64,000 bases of DNA, from positions 18,206 to 82,205 of the forward strand of contig JAYVKC010000002.1 of assembly GCA_043768765.1 (NCBI GenBank), read 5' to 3'. This DNA comes from Hyphomicrobiales bacterium. Its GTDB lineage: Bacteria; Pseudomonadota; Alphaproteobacteria; Rhizobiales; Aestuariivirgaceae. A program made the position numbers and the translations under genes. This document shows, one piece after another, positions 1 to 10,603 of the stretch (position 1 is the first letter of the stretch; each line of letters begins with the position of its first letter). The notes beneath the pieces were generated by a model. That model saw nothing but the letters and a program-made list of their open reading frames with translations, searched no databases and had not been told where the DNA came from.

Positions 1-1
1 C

Positions 2-208
2 GCCTATATCGGTGGCTACCTTGTGCATCCGCGCATTTTTGCGGGCGTCACACAGCGAAAATTCTCCATGAACAAGCTCTGGGATGTGGCCATTTCCGAG
101 GGCCGCCTGTTTGGCCTTGTGCATGGTGGCCACTGGTTCCATGTGGGAACACCGGGGGCCATTGCAATGGCGGAAACCCGGTTGCAACACTTGCGCCATG
201 GATCATGA
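2..208 (+). CDS. Nucleotidyltransferase family protein (MurU/sugar-1-P nucleotidyltransferase-like), C-terminal fragment; 5' end lies outside the window
   Basis: Frame-2 translation AYIGGYLVHPRIFAGV...GGHWFHVGTPGAIAMAETRLQ ends in the G-x-W-x-D/H-VGTP motif typical of this family, which precedes addB in many alphaproteobacteria. Stop at 206-208. Confidence 0.45.
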   Translation, partial: AYIGGYLVHPRIFAGVTQRKFSMNKLWDVAISEGRLFGLVHGGHWFHVGTPGAIAMAETRLQHLRHGS

Positions 209-3194
209 CCCCACCATTCTGACCTGCGACATTGGTGCCGACCTCCTCGACCAGTTGGCGAGGCGCATCCTGGATGGCACACTGGTACCCGGGCCACCTG
301 GTGCCGCTGCATTTCCCTTGTTCCAGTGGCAGATATTTTTACCTACCCGCCGCGCCGTGCGCAGGCTGCAAAGCCTGCTCCGCCAGAATAGCCGTGCACG
401 CGGTGTGGCACTGCCGACCATCAAGCCCATCGGTGATCTCGACGAAGATGTCCTGGCACTGCAAGATCCGGTGGCGGGAATCCCCAAGGCCATTTCCGCC
501 CATGGCCTGCTGTGCGAAGTGATGGCACTCTTGCACGATTGGGCAATAGCCAATCCCCACATCGCCATTGCACAGGATATCGCAGGCTCGATGACCCGTG
601 TGCAGCATCTGGCCGAGTCCCTCATCGACCTGATGCAGCAGGCCGAAACCGAGGAGCGGGACCTCACCGATATCGCATCTGTCTATGGTCTTGACCTTGC
701 CGGCCATCGCGCCGCCATACTGGATGTGCTCCGTATACTGACGACTGAACTGCCGGTGAAACTGCAAAATGAATCACTGGTGACCCCAGCGGCCCGGCGC
801 AACCTTTTGATCCGCCTGCAGGCAAACGCCATTCGCCGGCGAAAATCCAAAGCACCGCTTGTCATCGCAGGCACCACCGGCACAAACCCCGCCACCCGCG
901 ACCTGGTGGCGGCCATTGCGTTTGACTCTGCGGGCTGCGTCATTCTTCCAGGCCTCGACAAGCACATGGCAGATGCAGACTGGCTGTCACTGTCGCCAAG
1001 CCATCCGCAGTTCAACCTCAAGAAGCTGCTCAATCATCTGGCCCTTGACCGGACAGGTGTGGTGGAATTTGTTCCGTCTGCGCCAGACCGGTCATGGCTG
1101 GCTTCGGAAACCATGCGGCCTTCGACGTCATCCGGGCAGTGGCACAAAAATCTGGGCACCCTGAAAAGCCGGTGTGACACCGCGCTGACGGGCGTGTCGT
1201 TGCTGCATGCCCCCACCCGCCATCTTGAGGCCCGCGCCATCGCCCTCGCCTTACGCCATGCAGTGCACGATGGCATGCAATCAGTGGCCCTGGTGACACC
1301 CGACCGCGATCTGGCATCGCGCGTTGCAACTGAACTGCGGCGCTGGGCCATCATCGCCAATGACACCCGCGGTGAAACATTGCTCAATCGTGGTGCCGGC
1401 CACCTGTTGCGCCTGCTTTGCGATTGCGCCCAGGCTGGGTGTTCGGCGCAAACCGTGGTGGCTGTTCTGCATGACCCTTATGCGGATTTTGGCATGGACG
1501 AAACGCACTTCCGGCGTGCCGTGCAACTGTATGAAATCCATGTGCTGCGCCAGCAGGGAACAGGTACGGGGCTGCACGGGTTGGACAATGCGCTGCAACG
1601 CGCCGAACTGGCCCGCCAGCATGAGCGCGTCCGCAATTCCCAAACCCGCGTGGGCGATGACGATTGGCGATTGGTGTGGCAGCTGGCCCGCGCCGTGACG
1701 GTTGCCATGGCACCGCTGCTGGACATGGAAAAGCGGCCCCTTGGCGAACATGTTGCGGTTCTCATGCGCACGCTTGGCCTTGTGTCGCCGCAAAAAATGC
1801 TGGTTGCCAAGGATGCCCTGGAACTGACACTGACACTGCAAGCCATTGTTGCCGAGCAGCACCGCCTGCCAGCGCTCACGTTCGCCGAATCTGTACCGCT
1901 CATTCTGACCATGCTGCAAACCGTAACGGTGCGACCGGTGGAGCAGGGCGAAGCGAAGGTTGGCATATACGGATTGCTGGAAGCGCGACTGATGCACTTC
2001 GACCTGGCTGTGTTGGGAGGATTGAACGAAGGCATTTGGCCTTCATCGCCCGATTCAGGTCCGTGGTTGAACCGGCCGATGCGCGACAAATTTGGCTTGC
2101 AACAGCCCGAGCGTGACATCGGATTGACGGCCCATGATTTCGTTGCCGGCCTCGGCCACAGCAAGGTGATGCTTTCGTGGTCACAACGCATCGGCACGCA
2201 GCCGGTTCTGGCCTCGCGCTGGATATTGCGCCTGCGCACGGTGATGGAAGCCAGTGGCTTTCCGCGCGCCAGCCACCTTGATCAGACCTACATCCAATTG
2301 GCGATGGCGATGGACAAGCCTACTGCCTTCACACCTGTGAAGCGGCCATGGCCGCGTCCGCCGGTGGCCGCGCGCGCCCGCAGTTTCAGTGTGACCGACA
2401 TCGAACGCTGGATCCGTGACCCTTATGCGCTTTATGCCCGCAAGACGCTGCGCCTGCGCCCGCTCGACCCCTTGGCCATGGAGCCGGACGCGCGGCTGCG
2501 TGGCAGTCTTTTTCACGAGGCGTTGAAAATGTGGAACCAGGCCAGTCAATCGCCTTCCGAGGCGGCCAGTCTCGAACACTTGATTGCTGCGGGCCGCGAC
2601 GTATTTGCACCACTTGCCGGTGATGCCGACGTGACAACCTTCTGGTGGCCGCGTTTTTTGCGCATGGCGCAATGGATACACCAAACAGAGCAGGGCTTTC
2701 GCCCGGACCTTGCCGCGCTGCACGCCGAAACGCGCGGCCGGTTGTTGTTGACCATTGCCCACGAGGAATTTGAACTGATTGCCATCGCCGACCGCATTGA
2801 TGTGTTGCGCCAAGGGACAGCGCGCGTCATTGACTACAAGTCGGGAGATCCGCCGACAGCCAGTCAGGTGCAATCCGGCTTCAGCCCGCAGCTCACGCTG
2901 GAATCCGCCATGCTGGCGCACGGTGCCTTTGACGCCGCAGGCGTTCGCCGGGTGGAGCAAGCCCTGTACATCAAAATTTCAGGCGGCAGGCCACCGGGGA
3001 AAATCACGGATGTGGGAGACGGTGACCGCGCACTGCCTGACCTCGTTGCCGAACACTGGCAGGGCTTGCAGCGAAAATTGGCAACCCTGCTCGAACCGGC
3101 AACTGCCTTTCCGCCGCGCTTTCGCATGCTGAAGGCTGAAGACCCCGCCGACTATGATCACCTGTCGCGCCACCTTGAATGGCGTCTTGCATGA
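198..3194 (+). CDS. addB: Double-strand break repair protein AddB (alphaproteobacterial type, C-terminal PD-(D/E)XK nuclease)
   Basis: 999-aa ORF from ATG 198 (MDHDPTILTCDIGADLLDQLARRIL). C-terminal nuclease motif region ...RIDVLRQGTARVIDYKSGDPP. Immediately followed by, and overlapping, the UvrD-type helicase addA. The longer ORF from 84 overlaps the upstream gene, so the 198 start is preferred. Confidence 0.7.
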   Translation: MDHDPTILTCDIGADLLDQLARRILDGTLVPGPPGAAAFPLFQWQIFLPTRRAVRRLQSLLRQNSRARGVALPTIKPIGDLDEDVLALQDPVAGIPKAISAHGLLCEVMALLHDWAIANPHIAIAQDIAGSMTRVQHLAESLIDLMQQAETEERDLTDIASVYGLDLAGHRAAILDVLRILTTELPVKLQNESLVTPAARRNLLIRLQANAIRRRKSKAPLVIAGTTGTNPATRDLVAAIAFDSAGCVILPGLDKHMADADWLSLSPSHPQFNLKKLLNHLALDRTGVVEFVPSAPDRSWLASETMRPSTSSGQWHKNLGTLKSRCDTALTGVSLLHAPTRHLEARAIALALRHAVHDGMQSVALVTPDRDLASRVATELRRWAIIANDTRGETLLNRGAGHLLRLLCDCAQAGCSAQTVVAVLHDPYADFGMDETHFRRAVQLYEIHVLRQQGTGTGLHGLDNALQRAELARQHERVRNSQTRVGDDDWRLVWQLARAVTVAMAPLLDMEKRPLGEHVAVLMRTLGLVSPQKMLVAKDALELTLTLQAIVAEQHRLPALTFAESVPLILTMLQTVTVRPVEQGEAKVGIYGLLEARLMHFDLAVLGGLNEGIWPSSPDSGPWLNRPMRDKFGLQQPERDIGLTAHDFVAGLGHSKVMLSWSQRIGTQPVLASRWILRLRTVMEASGFPRASHLDQTYIQLAMAMDKPTAFTPVKRPWPRPPVAARARSFSVTDIERWIRDPYALYARKTLRLRPLDPLAMEPDARLRGSLFHEALKMWNQASQSPSEAASLEHLIAAGRDVFAPLAGDADVTTFWWPRFLRMAQWIHQTEQGFRPDLAALHAETRGRLLLTIAHEEFELIAIADRIDVLRQGTARVIDYKSGDPPTASQVQSGFSPQLTLESAMLAHGAFDAAGVRRVEQALYIKISGGRPPGKITDVGDGDRALPDLVAEHWQGLQRKLATLLEPATAFPPRFRMLKAEDPADYDHLSRHLEWRLA

Positions 3195-6100
3195 CTCCCA
3201 CTCCCGACATCCTGAAACCTACTTTTGAACAACAGCGTGCCGCCGATCCCGGCAATTCCGTTTGGGTATCAGCCAATGCAGGGTCAGGCAAAACCCATGT
3301 ACTCGTCGACCGACTTGTCCGCCTGCTGCTGGACAAAGTCGACCCCGCTGCCATTCTGTGCATCACCTTCACCAAGGCGGCGGCGGCGGAAATGGCCACC
3401 CGTCTTCTCGATCGGCTCGGCCTGTGGGCCATTGCCGATGATGTCTGGCTGAAACAGCAACTCCTGGCCCTGAATGATGTGCCCGCCGATGAAGCAGCGC
3501 TGGTTCGCGCCCGACAGTTGTTCACACTTGCCCTCGAAACACCCGGCGGATTGAAAGTGCAAACCATCCATGCATTTTGTCAAAGCTTGCTGCACCTGTT
3601 TCCCGTCGAAGCTGGGCTGGCACCGGGCTTTGAAGTCATGGATGAGCGGCAATCGCAAGCCTTGCACGACGAAGCTGGTTTATCGGTGCAGCGCCTTTTG
3701 GCGGAGCAACCGGAATGTGATGTGGCTGGCTGCTTCCACATGCTAGAGCCGTTCCTGTCGGGTGACCGTTTCCAGAAGGCCATCACCGCAGCGATTGGCA
3801 ACCATCGCCCGATGCCAGAAGCGGTATTGGCTGAAACGGATTTTGCCACCCTGCGCCGCCGCATCGCACACCACCTGCATGTCGATCCGGACGATTCTGA
3901 ACAGGTTTGTTGGCTGGAACTGTCACAACTCGATAACGCGCGAACCAACAAAATCATCACCGCTTTCGCGGATGCACCCGCCTACGGCAAATCCCATATT
4001 CATGTGGCCACCATTTTGCGACAGGTTTTGCTGACATCAGATTCGACAGAGCGATTGAGGTTGCTGCGGGAGTTGTTGTTCACGGGTGGTGGCAAGGTGC
4101 GAAAAAACATCATCGACAGTGCCAGCCTCAAGAAAAACCCTGCCACCGCCGAAGACCTGCAGCATCTGCGCCACGAACTTGAAGCCCTTGTTCAACGCCA
4201 TGACATGCAGCTTACCGTTTCTCTCACTGCCAGTTTTGCCTTCATCATCGCGGCGCACCTGCGCTTTTATGAGGCCCGGAAACAGGCGCGTGGCGTGTAT
4301 GATTTCAGCGACCTGATTGCCCGCGCGGCGGATCTTCTGGGCAGCAGGGAAGCGGCGCAATGGGTGATGTACAAGCTGGATGGCCGCATTTCCCATATCC
4401 TCGTTGATGAGGCGCAAGACACCAACCCGGTTCAATGGGGCATCATCAGCGCACTCAGCGAAGAATTTTTCGCAGGCACGGGCAGCCGGGAGGGCGTTGA
4501 CCGCACGCTGTTTGTTGTCGGCGACAAGAAACAATCCATCTTTTCGTTCCAGGGTGCGGATGCCGGATTGTTTGAGAAGGTGCGCCCGGATTTCGCGGCG
4601 CGCATCCGGTCGTCAAAAAAACAATTCCATGACGTCAAACTGCACCTGTCCTACCGCAGCGTGGGAGACATTCTGGATGTAGTCAACGCCGTGTTCACGG
4701 AGAAGTCTTTGCTGTGCATGGGCTTTGCCCAAACCGATGGTGATGAAACCCATTCGCCCCATCGCATGGCGGAGCGTGGCATTTTCGAACTCTGGCCGGT
4801 GGTGGAACCCCTTGATGCGCCGGAACCATCACCGTGGACCGCTCCCGTTGACGTGATGGATGATGAAGCACCGCGCAAACGGCTCGCCCACCTGATTGCG
4901 ACAAAGATAAAGTCGTGGATAGGTCTTCGCGTGCTGACATCAAAGGGCAGGGCAGTGCGGGCTGACGACATTCTCATCCTGTTGCAGCGGCGCTCGGCCT
5001 TGTTCAACGCCATCATTTCCGAACTGCGCCGCGCCGGTGTGGCCGTTGCCGGTGCAGACCGCCTGCAACTGCGGGAAAGTCTCGCCGTTCAAGACCTGTT
5101 GGCGTTGGCGCAATTCATGCTGCTGCCCGGCGACGATTACAGCCTGGCCTGTGTGCTGAAGAGTCCTTTACTGGCAACGCCGGTGACAGAGGAGGAGCTG
5201 TTTGAACTGGCTCATGGCCGCGCGGCGGCAACGCTGTGGGAGCGGCTTCAGGCAGCGGATTCGCTGGTCCTGCAGGATCAGGTGAACAGCCTGAAATCAC
5301 TTTTGACGCTCAGCGCCAATGCCGGCCCGCACCAGTTCTTTGCCACGGTGATGGTGTCACGCCGCAAATCCATTGTAGGACGGCTCGGCCCGGAAGCGGT
5401 GGATGCAACGGATGCTTTTCTTGATTTGGCGCTGGACTACGAAAGCCAATACAATTCATCGCTTGCAGGATTTATCGCCTGGTTCACAACTGACGACATT
5501 GCCATCAAGCGCGAGATGGACAAGCCATCCGGCGAAGTGCGCATCATGACCGTGCACGGGTCCAAGGGATTGGAGTCGCGCATTGTCATCCTGCCCGATG
5601 CCACGGAACTGCCGACGCCACCGGACACGGGCTTTGTGGTGGACGACGATGGCCTGCCGGTCATCACCGCCAGCGGACTTTGCGATTTGCCGTTGGTTGA
5701 AGCATTGAAACTGAACCGGACCACGCGCGCGGGTGAGGAGCGCTTGCGGCTCCTGTATGTGGCCATGACGCGGGCCAGCGATGAACTCTACATCTGTGGC
5801 AGCAGATCGAAGGACAAGCTGCCGGAAGGCTGCTGGTACAACATTGTCCTGCCCGCCCTGGCGCAACTGCCGATGACGACTGTCATCGATGTGGCACAAG
5901 ACAGCAAACCTGTGTTGCGTTATGGGGTGACACCTGAATGGTTTGACATACCGGAAACTTCGGACACGGAAGATTCAGCGGAACCCGTTTTGCAGGAATG
6001 GACCCAGCCGGTGTCAGCTGCACTGCAGGCCCGTTGCGAACAGAAAAATTTCCTCTATTCCAGCGAGGCTGCGCCTAACGACGCCATGCGCCGCGGCACT

Positions 6101-6574
6101 GCCCTGCACAAGCTGTTGCAAGCGATCCCCGACTGGGAAACAGCCGAACGCCAAATCATGGCCCGCCGCCTCGCGCGCGACCTCGGTTTGGTCCAGATGG
6201 ATGCCGATGCTGCGGTACAAATCGTTGAACGACCCGATCTCACCCTGTTTTTTGGGCCGGAAAGCCAAGGCGAAGTTGAAATCACTTCCACGGAAGGCCC
6301 CGCTGCCGGAAAGCTGCTGCGCATCGATCGCCTGGCCTTGACGGCCACAACAATTGCCATTCTCGATTATAAGACCGGCTCCGGCAATGGCCCTGAACTG
6401 GACGAAAATCATGCCTATGTTCAACAGCTTGCAACTTATGCCGCCGTTTTGCGCCAGGTTTACCCGGGCCGCGATGTGAGAGCTGCCCTGCTGTGGACCG
6501 ACAGTGGGCGGGTTGATTGGTTGTCGCCCGGGCTGATGTCCCTTGCCGTGGAATTGGCCATGACGCGAGCGTGA
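3179..6574 (+). CDS. addA: Double-strand break repair helicase/nuclease AddA (UvrD/PcrA-like)
   Basis: 1131 aa. Walker A SANAGSGKTHVLV near the N-terminus, helicase motifs (VDEAQDTNP, TVHGSKGLE) and C-terminal nuclease motif ILDYKTG. An alternative ATG at 3191 gives a classic ATGA overlap with the addB stop. Confidence 0.85.
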   Translation: MASCMTPTPDILKPTFEQQRAADPGNSVWVSANAGSGKTHVLVDRLVRLLLDKVDPAAILCITFTKAAAAEMATRLLDRLGLWAIADDVWLKQQLLALNDVPADEAALVRARQLFTLALETPGGLKVQTIHAFCQSLLHLFPVEAGLAPGFEVMDERQSQALHDEAGLSVQRLLAEQPECDVAGCFHMLEPFLSGDRFQKAITAAIGNHRPMPEAVLAETDFATLRRRIAHHLHVDPDDSEQVCWLELSQLDNARTNKIITAFADAPAYGKSHIHVATILRQVLLTSDSTERLRLLRELLFTGGGKVRKNIIDSASLKKNPATAEDLQHLRHELEALVQRHDMQLTVSLTASFAFIIAAHLRFYEARKQARGVYDFSDLIARAADLLGSREAAQWVMYKLDGRISHILVDEAQDTNPVQWGIISALSEEFFAGTGSREGVDRTLFVVGDKKQSIFSFQGADAGLFEKVRPDFAARIRSSKKQFHDVKLHLSYRSVGDILDVVNAVFTEKSLLCMGFAQTDGDETHSPHRMAERGIFELWPVVEPLDAPEPSPWTAPVDVMDDEAPRKRLAHLIATKIKSWIGLRVLTSKGRAVRADDILILLQRRSALFNAIISELRRAGVAVAGADRLQLRESLAVQDLLALAQFMLLPGDDYSLACVLKSPLLATPVTEEELFELAHGRAAATLWERLQAADSLVLQDQVNSLKSLLTLSANAGPHQFFATVMVSRRKSIVGRLGPEAVDATDAFLDLALDYESQYNSSLAGFIAWFTTDDIAIKREMDKPSGEVRIMTVHGSKGLESRIVILPDATELPTPPDTGFVVDDDGLPVITASGLCDLPLVEALKLNRTTRAGEERLRLLYVAMTRASDELYICGSRSKDKLPEGCWYNIVLPALAQLPMTTVIDVAQDSKPVLRYGVTPEWFDIPETSDTEDSAEPVLQEWTQPVSAALQARCEQKNFLYSSEAAPNDAMRRGTALHKLLQAIPDWETAERQIMARRLARDLGLVQMDADAAVQIVERPDLTLFFGPESQGEVEITSTEGPAAGKLLRIDRLALTATTIAILDYKTGSGNGPELDENHAYVQQLATYAAVLRQVYPGRDVRAALLWTDSGRVDWLSPGLMSLAVELAMTRA

Positions 6575-6646
6575 CCCAGCTGTGACTTGACCTTGCCAGT
6601 CGCCAACCCTACCTGAGGTGCAGCAACCCACAAGGAAACCCGAATC

Positions 6647-6967
6647 ATGTCCACCCACAAGGTTACCGATGCCAGCTTTGACGCCGATGTCCTGAAATCC
6701 GAAACACCTGTTGTTGTGGATTTCTGGGCCGAGTGGTGTGGCCCTTGCAAAATGATCGGGCCGTCACTGGAAGAAATTGCAGTGTCGCTTGGCAGCAAGG
6801 CCAAGATCGTCAAGATCAACATTGATGAGAACCCGAACACGCCATCGAAATACGGCGTGCGCGGCATTCCAACGCTGATGGTTTTCAAGGGCGGTCAATT
6901 GGCTTCCACCAAAGTTGGCGCTGCCCCCAAGAATGCCCTGCAAAGCTGGATCGAACAGTCGATTTAA
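6647..6967 (+). CDS. trxA: Thioredoxin
   Basis: 106 aa with the WCGPCK active site ([18 protein letters not shown]). Confidence 0.95.
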   Translation: MSTHKVTDASFDADVLKSETPVVVDFWAEWCGPCKMIGPSLEEIAVSLGSKAKIVKINIDENPNTPSKYGVRGIPTLMVFKGGQLASTKVGAAPKNALQSWIEQSI

Positions 6968-8274
6968 CGCCGCGCGGCACCGCTGATACCGGACATTTCC
7001 GTGTTCTCATGCAGGGCGAGCACATGGCCTGCAAGATAGAGTGACCCACAAACCAAAAGGCGCGGATGGTCAGCCATCTGCGCCGCTTTTTTGACAGCTT
7101 CCGAAATTGAAGGTGCCGTTTCGGAACTGAGGTTGAGACCCCGCGCGATATCACAAAGTGTTTCCGCTGCAATGGCATTGGGCTCACCGGGAATTGTCAA
7201 CGTGATGCAGGCTTCAGCCAAGCCTGCCAACGGACGCATGAAGCTGGCGGCATCCTTGCTGTTGAGCATGCCCCAGATGATGACCAGCGGCCGATTGTGC
7301 ATGCCTGCGAATGCCGCCGCCAACACCGCGCCCGCATCGGCATTGTGCCCGCCATCGAGCCAGATTTCGGTGTTCGGCAACATCAAATGGCCTGGTCCCA
7401 GTTTTTGCATGCGGGCGGGCCATTTTGCAGATGTCATGCCACTGGCAATGGCGCTTTCTGACAACCTATTGTCATTCAGTGTACGGATGATTGCGATGGC
7501 GTTGCCTGCATTCTGAATTTGGTGTGGCCCCGCCAGATTTGGTTTCGGCACATCAAGCAAGCCGTTTTCATCCTGAAACACCATGCGACCGTGCTGTTCA
7601 AAGGCCTGCCAGTCCTGGTCAGCGATAGACAATGGTGCTTTTACTGTTTCCGCAACAGCTTCGATAGCCGACCGCGCCTCGTCCGGCATGCGGCCCACGA
7701 TGCACCTCACATCGCGCTTGAGTATTCCCGCCTTTTCACGTGCGATCAATTCAAGCGTTTCGCCGAGGTATTGTTGGTGGTCGAGCCCGATGGACGTGAT
7801 GCACGTGGCGACGGGGTGAGCGATGACATTTGTTGCGTCCAACCTGCCACCCAGTCCCACTTCAAGGATGAGATAGTCCGCTGGAGTGCGAGAGAAGGCG
7901 AGGAACGCTGCTGCTGTGGTGATTTCAAAAAATGTGATCGGCACGCTGCCGTTGACCGTTTCGCATTCTTCAAGCAGTGCCGCCAGCGCTTCATCGGAAA
8001 TCAGTTCGCCCGCGACGCGAACCCGCTCGTGAAATTTCACCAGATGCGGGGAGGTGTAGCAATGTACCTTGAGACCGGCAGCCTCGAGCATGGCGCGAAT
8101 GAAAGCCACGCACGAGCCTTTGCCATTGGTGCCGCCCACATGGATGACGGGCGGAAGGGCTTTCTCAGGCTGACCCAATTGCGCCAGAATGCGGTGCATG
8201 CGATCGAGTGAGAGGTCAATGATCTTGGGATGCAGTTCAAGCAGCCGTTTCAGAATGGCATCGGATCGGGCCAT
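6964..8274 (-). CDS. folC: Bifunctional folylpolyglutamate synthase / dihydrofolate synthase
   Basis: 436 aa. P-loop [10 protein letters not shown], Mur-ligase-like middle domain, and the conserved position after accD. Confidence 0.85.
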   Translation of the reverse strand: MARSDAILKRLLELHPKIIDLSLDRMHRILAQLGQPEKALPPVIHVGGTNGKGSCVAFIRAMLEAAGLKVHCYTSPHLVKFHERVRVAGELISDEALAALLEECETVNGSVPITFFEITTAAAFLAFSRTPADYLILEVGLGGRLDATNVIAHPVATCITSIGLDHQQYLGETLELIAREKAGILKRDVRCIVGRMPDEARSAIEAVAETVKAPLSIADQDWQAFEQHGRMVFQDENGLLDVPKPNLAGPHQIQNAGNAIAIIRTLNDNRLSESAIASGMTSAKWPARMQKLGPGHLMLPNTEIWLDGGHNADAGAVLAAAFAGMHNRPLVIIWGMLNSKDAASFMRPLAGLAEACITLTIPGEPNAIAAETLCDIARGLNLSSETAPSISEAVKKAAQMADHPRLLVCGSLYLAGHVLALHENTEMSGISGAARR

Positions 8275-8277
8275 ATT

Positions 8278-9168
8278 CTATTCGGCCGCAACGAGTTGTC
8301 CCGGCGACCGGCTTGCAGGTGCACGCAGCAATAGTGCTGCGATCCTCACCACAGTGTCTTTCATGTCGCCGCGCGGCACCACCATGTCGACCATGCCATG
8401 GTCCTTGAGATATTCGGCGCGCTGGAATCCGTCCGGCAGTTTCTCGCGGATGGTCTGCTCAATGACACGCTGGCCCGCAAAGCCGATCAGCGCATTGGGC
8501 TCAGCGATGTGAATGTCACCCAGCATGGCATAGGATGCGGTCACACCACCCGTTGTTGGATTGGTCAGCACCACAATATACGGCAGTTTTGCCGCCCGCA
8601 AATCCTGAACCGCGATGGTCGTGCGCGGCAATTGCATCAGCGAAAGAATGCCTTCCTGCATGCGCGCACCACCGGAGGCCACAAAAAACACGAACGGACA
8701 CTTGTTGGTTACGGCCGAGCGCATGGCGGTGATGATTGCGTCTCCTGCCGCCATGCCCAGCGATCCGCCGATGAACGACATGTCCTGGGCCGCGACAACC
8801 ATGGTCATGCCGCCGACTTTGCCCAACCCTGCCCGCACACTGTCATTGCCGTCGGCCTTGGATTTGGCATCCTTCAAGCGGTCAGCGTATTTCTTCTCAT
8901 CCCTGAATTTGAGGGGGTCGGTTGCAACAGTTGGAAAGGTGAGTTTGCTGTAGTCGCCATCAAACATGTGCTTCAGCCGCGCTTCCACCGGCATGCGGTG
9001 ATGGTGCTGCGAACCGGGAAATACAAAGTTGTTGGCTTCGAGGTCCTTGTAAAACACCATTTCACCGGTATCCGGATCCTTTACCCACATGTTGTCCGGC
9101 ACGTCCTTGCGCACGGCACCGAGGATGGAGCGGATTTTGGGGCGGACGAAATTCTTGATCCAGTTCAT
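8278..9168 (-). CDS. accD: Acetyl-CoA carboxylase carboxyltransferase subunit beta
   Basis: 296 aa starting [12 protein letters not shown]. Crotonase-fold carboxyltransferase motifs ([13 protein letters not shown]). Confidence 0.9.
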   Translation of the reverse strand: MNWIKNFVRPKIRSILGAVRKDVPDNMWVKDPDTGEMVFYKDLEANNFVFPGSQHHHRMPVEARLKHMFDGDYSKLTFPTVATDPLKFRDEKKYADRLKDAKSKADGNDSVRAGLGKVGGMTMVVAAQDMSFIGGSLGMAAGDAIITAMRSAVTNKCPFVFFVASGGARMQEGILSLMQLPRTTIAVQDLRAAKLPYIVVLTNPTTGGVTASYAMLGDIHIAEPNALIGFAGQRVIEQTIREKLPDGFQRAEYLKDHGMVDMVVPRGDMKDTVVRIAALLLRAPASRSPGQLVAAE

Positions 9169-9169
9169 G

Positions 9170-9988
9170 TCAGCCTCTTACACCTGCGGCGATTTCAGAT
9201 ACAAGTTTGTGCACGGCCTTTGCTGTTTTGCCGGTGGCTTTGCCGTTTTTATCGAGGGAATTGGCGATGGCGGACACCAGTGCTGATCCCACCACAACAC
9301 CATCGGCATCCTTGGCGATGGTGCGTGCCTGTTCCGCCGACTTCACGCCGAAGCCAACACAGATGGGCAGCGTTGTGTGGGTTTTGAGCCTTTTCACGTT
9401 GGCTTTCACACTCTTCAAATCCGGCGCTTTTGTGCCGGTGATGCCGAGCACCGAAACGTAGTAAACGAAGCCCGATGTGTGTTTGAACACCGCAGGTGCA
9501 CGCCTGTCATCGGTCGTTGGCGTGGCAAGGCGGATGAAGTTGAGGCCTGCGGCCATGGCCGGGATGCAGAGTTCATCGTCTTCTTCCGGTGGCAGATCAA
9601 CAACGATCAGGCCATCGACACCAGCGGTCTTTGCATCGCCCAGAAACTTGTCCACGCCGTAAACATAAATCGGATTGTAATAGCCCATGAGAACGACTGG
9701 TGTGGCCTTGTCGTTCTTGCGGAATGCCGCAACGAGCTTCAGCGTCTTCTTCATTGTTTGGCCGGCGGCAAGGGCGCGCAATCCACCTGCCTGAATGGCC
9801 GGACCATCTGCCATGGGATCGGTGAACGGCATGCCGAATTCGATGATATCGGCACCGGCAGCGGGCAGGCCTTCGATGATCTTGAGCGATGTCTCAAAAT
9901 CCGGATCGCCCGCTGTGATGAATGTCACAAGGGCGGCGCGGTTTTCACGTTTGAGAGCGGCGAATGTGGAATCAATGCGGGTTGTCAT
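9170..9988 (-). CDS. trpA: Tryptophan synthase alpha subunit
   Basis: 272 aa. [16 protein letters not shown]...[18 protein letters not shown] is the TrpA signature. Confidence 0.9.
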   Translation of the reverse strand: MTTRIDSTFAALKRENRAALVTFITAGDPDFETSLKIIEGLPAAGADIIEFGMPFTDPMADGPAIQAGGLRALAAGQTMKKTLKLVAAFRKNDKATPVVLMGYYNPIYVYGVDKFLGDAKTAGVDGLIVVDLPPEEDDELCIPAMAAGLNFIRLATPTTDDRRAPAVFKHTSGFVYYVSVLGITGTKAPDLKSVKANVKRLKTHTTLPICVGFGVKSAEQARTIAKDADGVVVGSALVSAIANSLDKNGKATGKTAKAVHKLVSEIAAGVRG

Positions 9989-9997
9989 GAAGACTTG

Positions 9998-10273
9998 TTA
10001 GCTCCTATTGCTCCGGTGATCGAGCACGCGAAGAACTTCGATACGGTCGACTACAATGCGATAGACGAAACTGAACGGAATGCCTGGGATAACATATTCG
10101 CGCTTGGCCTTTCCCATGGCAGGACGACCAATTTCGGGAAAATTCCTGATTGTTTGCGCTGCTTTGAAAAACTGCTTTTCGGCCCGCCTGGAGCCATCTG
10201 GAAATATTTCGGTGTAGTAGCGTTCAAACCACGCCAAGTCGTTCAGGGCTTGGCGCTTGAATACAATTTTCAC
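9998..10273 (-). CDS. Type II toxin, ParE/RelE superfamily
   Basis: 91 aa: MKIVFKRQALNDLAWFERYY...IRNFPEIGRP...REYVIPGIPFSFVYRIVVDRIEVLRVLDHRSN, a ParE/RelE-like fold signature. 4-nt overlap with the upstream RHH antitoxin gene. Confidence 0.7.
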   Translation of the reverse strand: MKIVFKRQALNDLAWFERYYTEIFPDGSRRAEKQFFKAAQTIRNFPEIGRPAMGKAKREYVIPGIPFSFVYRIVVDRIEVLRVLDHRSNRS

Positions 10274-10560
10274 CTGCGCTTTGCGCCTTCAAAGATGTCT
10301 GCTTCCGGCTTAGGCAACCGCTTATCGCTAGCCCATGACTTGACCCATGCGTCCACGAGCTCTCCTGAAACATAAACACCATCGTCATCTTCGAGAAAAG
10401 CTTCTTCCACGGTCTTTTTTCGGTTTTCCAGTTCGTCAACCATCTGCTCGACAGCTTTGCTTACAAGGTAGCTGGATGGCCTGTCAGCGTGTTTGGCAAG
10501 TTTGTCCAGCCGGCTTTTCAACCCTCGGTCAAGGCGCATGGAAAATGAGACGGTTGTCAT
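10270..10560 (-). CDS. Type II antitoxin, ribbon-helix-helix (CopG/ParD-like)
   Basis: About 96 aa from MTTVSFSMRLDRGLKSRLDKLAKHADRPSSYLVSKAVEQMV (RHH DNA-binding motif) with an acidic C-terminal tail. The longest ORF extends to 10590. Overlaps the toxin gene by 4 nt. Confidence 0.6.
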   Translation of the reverse strand: MTTVSFSMRLDRGLKSRLDKLAKHADRPSSYLVSKAVEQMVDELENRKKTVEEAFLEDDDGVYVSGELVDAWVKSWASDKRLPKPEADIFEGAKRR

Positions 10561-10603
10561 AGCGAACTCCAGTGATGCGTTGTAGTGCAATGCATCACTC
10601 GTG

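Noticed and set aside
8398-9387. 329-aa plus-strand ORF antisense to accD/trpA
   Set aside because: Low-complexity, Cys/His/Arg-rich translation with no motif. It is entirely antisense to two well-supported genes, a typical high-GC shadow ORF.
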